Assembly: GCA_003169695.1 (NCBI GenBank)
Contig: PNAS01000027.1
Location: 40,488 to 104,487 of the forward strand
Source: Spartobacteria bacterium
GTDB taxonomy: Bacteria; Verrucomicrobiota; Verrucomicrobiia; Chthoniobacterales; UBA10450
DNA: 64,000 nucleotides
Direction of reading: 5' to 3'
Numbering within the stretch: position 1 is the first letter of the stretch; each line of letters begins with the position of its first letter. Both the position numbers and the translations under genes were made by a program. The notes beneath the pieces were generated by a model. That model made no database searches and was not told the origin of the DNA. It saw only the letters and a program-made list of their open reading frames with translations. Shown here one piece after another: positions 25,302 through 33,007 of this stretch.

Positions 25302-25969
25302 ACCGCAGCGCTCTGTTTCTGTGTGACCGGGGGTTCAACGGGAATCGCGACGGGCGCAGGCGTCGTCTTCGGCACATCGCTTTGCTTGCTGAATTTGTGC
25401 AGCAGAATCTGTGAGACCGCGTTGAGTGACGCGAAAACATTCTGTCCGGTGCTGGAGATGACTTCGAAACTCTGCACGCGCCTCTTCCGGTTGTTCAGGA
25501 CGTACTCGAGATAATTGACCGGGGCGATGTTTTCGAGGTCGCGTTTGTTGTATTGCAGGACGTACGGAATCTCGTCGATTGAGATGTTCTGTTTCGCGAG
25601 ATTGTCTTCGAGGTTCTTAAAGCTCTCGACGTTCTCCTCCATTTTTTCCCATTGCGAATCGGCGACAAAAATGACGCCATCCACGCTGCGCAAAACGAGC
25701 TGCCGCGTCGCGTTGTAAATCACCTGTCCCGGCACAGTGTAGAGCTGAAACTTCGTGACGAACCCTTTGATCACGACCGCGTTCAGCGGCAGGAAATCGA
25801 AGAATAAAGTGCGATCCGACGCGGTGGCGAGCGAGACAAGGTCACCGCGATTCTCGGGATTAATCCGCTGATGGATATAACCCAGGTTCGTCGTCTTCCC
25901 GCACAGCGCCGGACCGTAGTAGACGATTTTAAACTGAATCTCGCGGCTCGCGTAATTGATGATCGACAT
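25298..25969 (-). CDS. mglA: Ras-like small GTPase MglA
   Basis: Long stretches match Myxococcus MglA as I recall it: SIINYASREIQFKIVYYGPALCGKTTNL, DRTLFFDFLP, LYTVPGQV, VFVADSQ and IPYVLQYNKRDL. ATG 25969 is preceded by AGGAGG. The longer ORF (to 26215) overlaps the upstream gene. There is an extra P/V-rich C-terminal tail. Confidence 0.92.
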   Translation of the reverse strand: MSIINYASREIQFKIVYYGPALCGKTTNLGYIHQRINPENRGDLVSLATASDRTLFFDFLPLNAVVIKGFVTKFQLYTVPGQVIYNATRQLVLRSVDGVIFVADSQWEKMEENVESFKNLEDNLAKQNISIDEIPYVLQYNKRDLENIAPVNYLEYVLNNRKRRVQSFEVISSTGQNVFASLNAVSQILLHKFSKQSDVPKTTPAPVAIPVEPPVTQKQSAAV

Positions 25970-25980
25970 ACAAAATCCTC

Positions 25981-27927
25981 CTAGACCGGATGCGAATATT
26001 TTCGTGAAACCTCGTGCACGACGCGCGCGAGCTTCTCTCGTACCTCCGACGCCAGCTCGCCGCTCGCATGGAACGCGGCGAGGCATAGATTCTCGTGCAT
26101 AAAAAATGTGACGGCGCCTTTCACACAGGAAAGCGTCATGCCTCGGAGCGCGCCGAGTTTGGTTTCGACCATGTGGTTCTCGATGCGCTGCATCAGTGAA
26201 GGCGCCATGGCGCAAAGCCCCTCCGTCTCATATTCGGCCGGCAAACTCCCTGCGAGACTAAGACCGTCGCTAAACATGAGCGCGCAGGCCTTCACTCCGG
26301 CGAGTTTGTTAACGTGTGCGACCACACCCTTAGCATCCAGCTTCTCATCGGTCTCAAGCGCGACTTGCAATGAGTTCCGAGGCAGCAGATCGAACGGGTT
26401 TCTCACTGGCACCGCGGCGGCTTGCGCTTCCTCCACCGCTGCGACCGGCGTTGCGACCGGCGTTGCGACCGGCGTTACAATCGGTTTCGCAACTGCTGTC
26501 CCGGCTATATTGAAACGTTTCGCGTCTTCTTCTGCTTTCGCGGAAAACGGCGTGGCAAAATTTGCTCCTGCGTCCTGTTCTTCCTGGTCTTCGCGCATGC
26601 GCAAGGAAGCCGTGGGTAGGCTCTTCAGGACTTCGTGCAGCGGCAGCATGACATCCGCAGCCTCGCCGTCCTTGAAGAGGCTTCGATATTCCGGCGGCAG
26701 TCCCGCTGCAAAAACCTCCGGCGTCACGGTGATTCGTCCGGCCGCGAGCTGTGGTTCGATCAGGGAAAACGGCAGTTCGATTTGCGCTTCGGCTGGAAGA
26801 CTGCCGGAGTCGCCGCTCAATTGAAATGGCGGAAGCGCCTGCAAGATCGGCTTGAGCGCGAGAGTGATCTTCACTTCGGCCTTGCTCTCCGTCGCCGGGG
26901 CAACCGCTGTCTCGGCCGAAGCCGCCAGGCTTTCCGCGGTCAACCACGGTTCATGTTTGGGCCGCAGGTCGTCCGAAGGAGCCGTCATCTTGAACGGAAT
27001 CCGCGTGGGCGCCGGCGCGGATGGGAAACTAGTCGGAACGGACGGCCCGCTTGAGGCTGGAACACTCTCAGGTGCGGGGCCGCCCGTTCCATTCGGTGAA
27101 AGTTTGAAGGGGATGCGCGTGGGCATGGCCGACATGTTTTCGCTCCTCGGATGCTGCATGAACCCGTTCCCGGCGGCCTCTGGCTCGGCGGCGGCAAACG
27201 CTTCCGCCGTGGGCGGCTCGACCCGCACCGGCGGCAGATCGGCAGTCTCGACCGCCTCGGTTGTCGTGCCGAAACGGGAGTTGTCCTCGAGTGTGACCCT
27301 TAAGAACGGCGTCTCGACTTGAGGAACGGCCTGGTGGCGCTCCTGATTGCTGCGGACTTGCAAGCTCGTGAATTGCTCGAGCACCTTCTTGAAAGGAAGC
27401 TGCACTTGCGCCTCATCGGTCGGGGCGATTGAGCGCAGAAAAATTTCCGGCACCTGCTGGTAAATAGTGGCAAGCGAAACGGCCGGTTTCCCACTCGCCA
27501 TTCCTCTTTCAACCTCGGATGCCTTCAAGAGAATCCGGCGGGTCCCGTCGATGCTTTCAATCGGCTTGATGTAATCAGCGGGCATTTGCGCCACGAGGTC
27601 TGCGAGCTCGAGCGAGATCACGCGTTCAACCCTCGGTTCGAGCGCCAATGCGACGGCCGGCGGCAAATCGCGTGGGCGGACGGGCGCAAGTACGCTTGCG
27701 TTCGACATCTGACCGCCCACGACCGGCGAACGCGCCGCCATCTCAAATGGATCCTGGGGTGGCAACACCCGCGTCGCGTTCGGCATCACCGTCTTGCTGA
27801 AGCGTTCGCTGCTTGGCTTCTCGAGCGGCGCCAACGGCTTCGGTGCGGCGACGGATCGCTCTTTCGTAGCCAGGGCCTGGTCCTTGACCTTCTTGAAAAA
27901 GCTTAGGAATGGAATCGTCATGGTCAT
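25981..27927 (-). CDS. 648-aa protein: two ~85-aa internal repeats, P/A-rich linkers and a C-terminal Roadblock/LC7-like domain
   Basis: The ATG directly abuts the pilB stop. The C-terminal ~115 aa (GVVAHVNKLAGVKACALMFSDGLSLAGSLP...GAVTFFMHENLCLAAF) resembles Roadblock/LC7. No confident family assignment for the N-terminal part. Confidence 0.75.
   Translation of the reverse strand: MTMTIPFLSFFKKVKDQALATKERSVAAPKPLAPLEKPSSERFSKTVMPNATRVLPPQDPFEMAARSPVVGGQMSNASVLAPVRPRDLPPAVALALEPRVERVISLELADLVAQMPADYIKPIESIDGTRRILLKASEVERGMASGKPAVSLATIYQQVPEIFLRSIAPTDEAQVQLPFKKVLEQFTSLQVRSNQERHQAVPQVETPFLRVTLEDNSRFGTTTEAVETADLPPVRVEPPTAEAFAAAEPEAAGNGFMQHPRSENMSAMPTRIPFKLSPNGTGGPAPESVPASSGPSVPTSFPSAPAPTRIPFKMTAPSDDLRPKHEPWLTAESLAASAETAVAPATESKAEVKITLALKPILQALPPFQLSGDSGSLPAEAQIELPFSLIEPQLAAGRITVTPEVFAAGLPPEYRSLFKDGEAADVMLPLHEVLKSLPTASLRMREDQEEQDAGANFATPFSAKAEEDAKRFNIAGTAVAKPIVTPVATPVATPVAAVEEAQAAAVPVRNPFDLLPRNSLQVALETDEKLDAKGVVAHVNKLAGVKACALMFSDGLSLAGSLPAEYETEGLCAMAPSLMQRIENHMVETKLGALRGMTLSCVKGAVTFFMHENLCLAAFHASGELASEVREKLARVVHEVSRKYSHPV
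26441..26476. repeat. 12-nt tandem repeat (GCGACCGGCGTT)x3 inside a CDS
   Basis: Three perfect in-frame copies encoding (TPVA)3 in the linker of the 648-aa protein. Confidence 0.9.
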
Positions 27928-29661
27928 TTAATGGTCCTCTCCCGTGACGCGCCAGATTTCCTCGAGCGTCGTGACCCCCTCGAGCGCTTTGTCGAGTCCG
28001 ACCATACGCAGAGTTCTCATCCCCTCCGCCATTGCTTGATTTTTCACGACCGCGGAAGAGGCGCGCTTGATGATGAGGCGGCGGATTGACTCGCTCACGG
28101 GCAGCGCTTCGATAATCGCCACGCGGCCGAGATACCCGCGGCCCTTGCATCGTTCGCAACCGCTTCCGTGATAGAAAACAGCGCCCTCCGGCGCCTTCAT
28201 CGAAAGGCGTTCGAAGATTTCCGGCTCCGGCACAAACTCCTCGCGGCAGTTCGTGCAAATTCGCCTAACGAGTCGTTGCGCGCAAGCCATGATGACCGAG
28301 CTGGAAATTAGGAACGGCTCGATCCCCATATCGTCAAGACGCGTGATCGCACCAGCCGCGTCGTTCGTGTGGAGCGTGCTCAAGACCTGGTGACCGGTCA
28401 GCGCCGCTTTCACGGCAATGTCGGCTGTTTCGTTGTCACGAATCTCACCCACCATCACGATGTCCGGATCCTGCCGGAGGATGGAACGGAGCGCCGAAGC
28501 GAAATCGAGACCGATGTCGTTGCGCACCGAGACCTGATTGATGCCCGTGAGCTCGTACTCGATTGGGTCTTCGACCGTTACGATGTTGTATTGCGGGTTG
28601 TTCAGCTCCTGTAGCACGGAGTAGAGCGTCGTCGTTTTGCCGGAACCAGTCGGGCCGGTCACGAGAATCATTCCGTGCGGTGCGTCGATCGCCTTCTTGA
28701 ATTTGTCGAGCGTACCCTGGTCCATGCCCATCTGGTCGATGCTGCCGGTGAGCGCCGCTTTATCGAGAATACGGATGACGATCTTCTCGCCGTACGCGGT
28801 CGGCAAAATCGAGACACGCAAATCCACTTCCTTGCCGATCACCTTGATGCGGAAGCGCCCGTCCTGCGGCACCCGGCGTTCGGCGATATTCAGGCCCGAG
28901 AGAATTTTGATGCGGGATGTGATCGCGAGCTGAAGCGCCTTCGGCGGCGATTCCGCCATGATCAGTTCGCCGTCGATGCGGTAACGCAGCTTTAGCGTGC
29001 GCTGGAACGGTTCAATGTGAATGTCTGACGCCTTTTCCTTCACTGCCTGGACGAGAATCAGGTTGACGATTTTGATCACGGGCGCGTCTTCGCTGTCCGT
29101 CGCGAGCCGATCGAGATCGATCTCCTCGTTCTTCGCCGACTGCACTTCCACCTCGCCCGCATTTGCCACATCTTCTGCGACCTGCTTGAGCACCTGGCTC
29201 ATGTTCGAGGCGCCATGCACCCCCGCGAGCGCGTCGCTGACCGCCTTCTCCGTCGCAATCATCGGAACGATTTCGAGCTGCACACGCCGCTTCACGTCGT
29301 CGACCGCGAGCACATTTGTCGGATCGGCCATCGCCACGAAGAGCTTGCCGTTGAGGCGCGCGATCGGGACGAGCTTGTTCGCTCTTGCCATTTCGCGCGG
29401 CACCAGCGACATCACTTCCTCCGGCACGCGCAACTTCGAGAGATTAATCAGCGGCGTATTGAGGCAACGGCTCATGCTCACCGTCATGTCCTGGTCTGTC
29501 ACGAACTGGCGGTCCGTCAGAATCTTGAGCAGCCGACCACCTTCCTTCTGCTGAATGCCGACCGCTTCCTCGAGCTGGTTCGGCAGAAGAAGACCGTCCT
29601 CGATAAGGACATCAGCGATGCGTTCGGCGAAGGATTTGCTTCTCATCGTCGTCGCGCGCAT
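27928..29661 (-). CDS. pilB: PilB/GspE-family type IV pilus / type II secretion assembly ATPase
   Basis: N-terminal T2SSE_N-type domain, Walker A GPTGSGKTTT, Asp and His boxes, and a tetra-Cys cluster CTNC...CERC. ATG 29661 overlaps the upstream stop (TAATG). The longer ORF runs to 29733. Confidence 0.92.
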   Translation of the reverse strand: MRATTMRSKSFAERIADVLIEDGLLLPNQLEEAVGIQQKEGGRLLKILTDRQFVTDQDMTVSMSRCLNTPLINLSKLRVPEEVMSLVPREMARANKLVPIARLNGKLFVAMADPTNVLAVDDVKRRVQLEIVPMIATEKAVSDALAGVHGASNMSQVLKQVAEDVANAGEVEVQSAKNEEIDLDRLATDSEDAPVIKIVNLILVQAVKEKASDIHIEPFQRTLKLRYRIDGELIMAESPPKALQLAITSRIKILSGLNIAERRVPQDGRFRIKVIGKEVDLRVSILPTAYGEKIVIRILDKAALTGSIDQMGMDQGTLDKFKKAIDAPHGMILVTGPTGSGKTTTLYSVLQELNNPQYNIVTVEDPIEYELTGINQVSVRNDIGLDFASALRSILRQDPDIVMVGEIRDNETADIAVKAALTGHQVLSTLHTNDAAGAITRLDDMGIEPFLISSSVIMACAQRLVRRICTNCREEFVPEPEIFERLSMKAPEGAVFYHGSGCERCKGRGYLGRVAIIEALPVSESIRRLIIKRASSAVVKNQAMAEGMRTLRMVGLDKALEGVTTLEEIWRVTGEDH

Positions 29662-30557
29662 TAGACCCGGCTTTCCAACCGGTAGATGTCCTGCAGAGCT
29701 TTGATGATCGCGTCCGGCCGCGCGAGATACCACGTCACGGTGTAATCGAGCGATTGCTGCACCGCTTCACGGCCGGCCGCGTCGAACGGGTTACAGCACG
29801 CCACCATGATCGTGCGGCTAATCAAATCGAACGGCACATAGAGGCGGCCGAGCGTTAAATGGTCCGGCAACATCCGCGCGATCTGCCGGTCGATGTCGTA
29901 ATACTCGAGCGGCACGTAGGCAAACTTTGTCCGGTCGATCAAGCCGGAGAGCGACTGGTCCACCTTATCGACGTCTTGCCGGCAAAGTTTGTCCAGAAGC
30001 GATGCTGCGAGCGATTGCCCGCTCAAATCCTTGTTCAGATGCTTGACCGTTTCGACAGCCTTGGTCACCTGGTCCTCGGTAAAGAGTTGCTGCATCACCA
30101 AAAATTTGGCGAGATGCTCGTCCCCGCGATCTTGCGAATGCTGTGCGTTCTTCCCGTGCTGGAGGTCCACGAGACCACCCTCGTGCGCCCCATTCGTGCT
30201 TGCCGGCGCGATCAACCCATTTTTCGAGCCGGTCGTCGCGATTGCATGACCGGCCGCTTGCAAGCGCGTTTCGATATCGCCGAGCATCGCGAGAATCTCC
30301 GGCGCGTTGGGTTCCTTGAGCAAAATGACCTCGCACTCCTGGATCGCGAGGGTGTAGGAACCGACGTTAAAATAGGCTTCGGCCAGACGGCGCGAAGTCT
30401 TGAGCGATTCGGCCGCGCGGCCGACCTTTTGATAAGCCTCCTTGAGGATTTCGAGCGACTGATAATCGTCAGGCTGTGTTTGAGTTATGACCTCAAACAT
30501 CTCGATCGTCTGAACGATCTGACTATGCTCCTCCTCGGATAACGTGTGTTCCAGCAC
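29661..30557 (-). CDS. TPR-repeat protein with C-terminal GspE/PilB N-terminal-like (T2SSE_N) domain
   Basis: TPR-like helices in the first ~100 aa. The C-terminal ~140 aa show the pattern FAYVPLEYYDIDRQIARMLPDHLTLGRLYVPFDLISRTIMVACCNPFD...ALQDIY, typical of T2SSE_N domains. GTG start. Confidence 0.7.
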   Translation of the reverse strand: MLEHTLSEEEHSQIVQTIEMFEVITQTQPDDYQSLEILKEAYQKVGRAAESLKTSRRLAEAYFNVGSYTLAIQECEVILLKEPNAPEILAMLGDIETRLQAAGHAIATTGSKNGLIAPASTNGAHEGGLVDLQHGKNAQHSQDRGDEHLAKFLVMQQLFTEDQVTKAVETVKHLNKDLSGQSLAASLLDKLCRQDVDKVDQSLSGLIDRTKFAYVPLEYYDIDRQIARMLPDHLTLGRLYVPFDLISRTIMVACCNPFDAAGREAVQQSLDYTVTWYLARPDAIIKALQDIYRLESRV

Positions 30558-30845
30558 AACCCCCTCATAAAAGCTAGAAGCGTGCCCCCATCTCTCTGTC
30601 TCGGAAAACCCACGTAAAAAGTTCAGTGCGCTTCCTGCAGCGGCGGCCCGGGACCGTCGAATCTCCCTCTGAACCGCTGAATTGACCGTAGATGGTGGGG
30701 ATGCAGCGGATTGATGATTTTTGAAATCGTTAAATCACTGATTCGCTCAATCGCCAAGTTTCTTTCGAATCTGCCCTATTTTTCGTCTTCCGCTCCCGCC
30801 CGCGATGCGATATTAGTTTGTCGACAACGTTCCGCTGTTAGACTC

Positions 30846-31664
30846 GTGATTCCCCCACCCAATCACAACCTGCACGCTTTCACCTTAATCGAGCTCGTCG
30901 TCGTCATTGCGATCGTCGCCGTCTTGACCGCATTCCTCGTCCCGGCTTTCACCAATCTTAAAGGGGCGAATGACCTCACAAACGCCGCCTATACCATCAA
31001 AGGTGTTCTTGAGCAGGCGCGCACCTACGCGAGAGTAAACAATACCTACGCCTGGGTTGGATTCTACGAAGAGAACGGCTCAATCGCATCAACAAATCTA
31101 CCGACCGCAGGGAACGGCCGGCTTGTGATGTCGAGCGTCGCTTCAACAGATGGAACGACGGTGTACGGTTCGACGCCCGGTGCGATTGATCCAACAAAGC
31201 TGATGCAAGTCGCCAAGTTAGTTAAGATCGATAATTTACATCTTCCGCTCTTGGCAATTGGCACTGGAACGGGAGACACATTTGATACTCGTCCTGCACT
31301 TCAGTTCGAGCCTACCGCAGGTTATAACTACTCGCGGTTTGGAGAGCTTAACGCTGCATCTCCCAATGCTGCGCCATATACTAATTCGCAATATCCGTTT
31401 CAGTATCCGGTAGGAACCCCTGTCCCCACTCCGCAATACACTTTCCTGAAAACGCTCCAGTTTAGTCCGCGAAGCGAGAGCAGAATCAATGGTAACAATT
31501 ATGATGTTCGACGAGTTGTCGAGATTGGGTTGCTTCAGACCCATGGTAACACTGTCCCGGCTGCTACCACCGGTGCGGGCACATCCACAGCCACCTATAA
31601 CGGCAACATCATCGCGATCCAAATCAGCGGGTTCGGCAGTATCGTAAAACTTTACAGGCGATGA
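30846..31664 (+). CDS. Prepilin-type N-terminal cleavage/methylation-domain protein (large pilin/pseudopilin)
   Basis: Class III signal HNLHA|FTLIELVVVIAIVAVLTAFLVP. Start chosen at in-frame GTG 30846, giving an 11-aa leader. The ORF is open from TTG 30711/ATG 30714, which would give an atypically long leader. Confidence 0.75.
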   Translation: MIPPPNHNLHAFTLIELVVVIAIVAVLTAFLVPAFTNLKGANDLTNAAYTIKGVLEQARTYARVNNTYAWVGFYEENGSIASTNLPTAGNGRLVMSSVASTDGTTVYGSTPGAIDPTKLMQVAKLVKIDNLHLPLLAIGTGTGDTFDTRPALQFEPTAGYNYSRFGELNAASPNAAPYTNSQYPFQYPVGTPVPTPQYTFLKTLQFSPRSESRINGNNYDVRRVVEIGLLQTHGNTVPAATTGAGTSTATYNGNIIAIQISGFGSIVKLYRR

Positions 31665-32122
31665 GCCGACGAATTCATTTTTTCGCGGGATTCTCCCTTG
31701 TCGAAGTGACGCTTGCCCTTGGTGTCGCCGCGTTCTGCTTGATCGCCCTGTTCGGATTGCTCCCGCTGGGCGTTCAAACAAACCAAAGCTCGATTTCGCA
31801 AACTGCGGCGGCTTCATTGCTATCGAGCGTCGCCGCAGACCTCCGTGGGACACCTAGAACAAGCCTGACGTCCCCGCAATATGGCATCTCGTTTGGTACC
31901 GCGAAGTTCTTGTACTTCGACGGCCAGGGAAGAGCCGTGACTCCGACAGATCCGAATGCGACTCCCCGCTACCGGGTAACGATTACATTTCCGGCCAGCC
32001 CAGTCGGTACATTTGCGCCGACGTTCGTTAGCCTAAAAATCACTTGGCCTGCGTTGGTTGATCCGGCGACAACAATACCAGCGGGCTTCGTGGAAACGTT
32101 CGCCGCATTTGATCGGCATTGA
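31661..32122 (+). CDS. Prepilin-type minor pilin/pseudopilin
   Basis: MSRRIHFFAG|FSLVEVTLALGVAAFCLIALFGLLP (G-1, E+5). Overlaps the upstream stop. Confidence 0.75.
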   Translation: MSRRIHFFAGFSLVEVTLALGVAAFCLIALFGLLPLGVQTNQSSISQTAAASLLSSVAADLRGTPRTSLTSPQYGISFGTAKFLYFDGQGRAVTPTDPNATPRYRVTITFPASPVGTFAPTFVSLKITWPALVDPATTIPAGFVETFAAFDRH

Positions 32123-32125
32123 GTT

Positions 32126-33007
32126 ATGCGTTCGACGCAACGAGCAAATCCCGCATTCACCCTGGCTGAAATGCTGGTCGCGATAAGTGTGCTAGCGCTT
32201 CTCGTTCTTCTGGTCACGCAGCTACTCAATAACGCCGCTTCCGTTATGACTCTAGGCAACAAGCGAATGGACGCAGGCGCTCAGGCAAGGCCGTTTTTCG
32301 AGCGTATGGCGCTGGATCTTGCCCAAATAGTTAAAAGGAACGACGTCAGCTATTACGTAAAGACTGCTGGAACGCCCATGACTGGCAATGATTTGGTGGG
32401 ATTTTACAGCGCTGTTGAAGGATATTACCCCACAACACCAAGCCCGATTTCCATCGTGGCCTATAGGGTCAATTCCGATTCTTCTAGCTTAGTTGCTTAC
32501 AATTGCTTAGAGCGCATGGGAAAGGGACTGGATTGGAATGGTGCGTCCGCGACTAACATACCAGTTGTCTTTCTTCCGCTCACTATTCACGGCACTTGGC
32601 CCTCAGTGGCAAGCAGTTCCGCGTACGATGACACTGATCCTACCAAAAGGACTTACGAGACAATTGGACCTCAGGTCTTTCGTTTTGAATATTATTATCT
32701 TGAGAAAACAACGGGCAGCCTTGTTGCGTATCCCACCGCTTGGACCTCGTTGTCCGCGGTAGCAATAAAGGATGCCGCCGCAATCGTGGTGGCAATCGCA
32801 GTCGTTGATCCCAAAAGCAAAGTTTTATTGTCCCATTCACAGATGGCGACACTGGTCGAAAGCCTGCCCGATTATGCATCGGGATGGGGCCCCGGCGAGC
32901 TCTTGGCGCGATGGCAATCCGCGCTCGATAGCATTACGAATATGCCACGCCCCGCGATTTCCGGTATCCGTCTTTACGAGCGCTCCTTTTATATTTCCGA
33001 CCAGTGA
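32126..33007 (+). CDS. Prepilin-type minor pilin/pseudopilin (PulJ/PilW-like size)
   Basis: MRSTQRANPA|FTLAEMLVAISVLALLVLLV (A-1, E+5). Confidence 0.7.
   Translation: MRSTQRANPAFTLAEMLVAISVLALLVLLVTQLLNNAASVMTLGNKRMDAGAQARPFFERMALDLAQIVKRNDVSYYVKTAGTPMTGNDLVGFYSAVEGYYPTTPSPISIVAYRVNSDSSSLVAYNCLERMGKGLDWNGASATNIPVVFLPLTIHGTWPSVASSSAYDDTDPTKRTYETIGPQVFRFEYYYLEKTTGSLVAYPTAWTSLSAVAIKDAAAIVVAIAVVDPKSKVLLSHSQMATLVESLPDYASGWGPGELLARWQSALDSITNMPRPAISGIRLYERSFYISDQ

Noticed and set aside
30558-30845. Search for a sigma-54 (TGGCAC-N5-TTGC) or other recognisable promoter in the divergent region between the pilB operon and the pseudopilin operon
   Set aside because: No GG-N10-GC element or convincing -35/-10 pair was found by eye. 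The region is merely A/T-richer than its surroundings.
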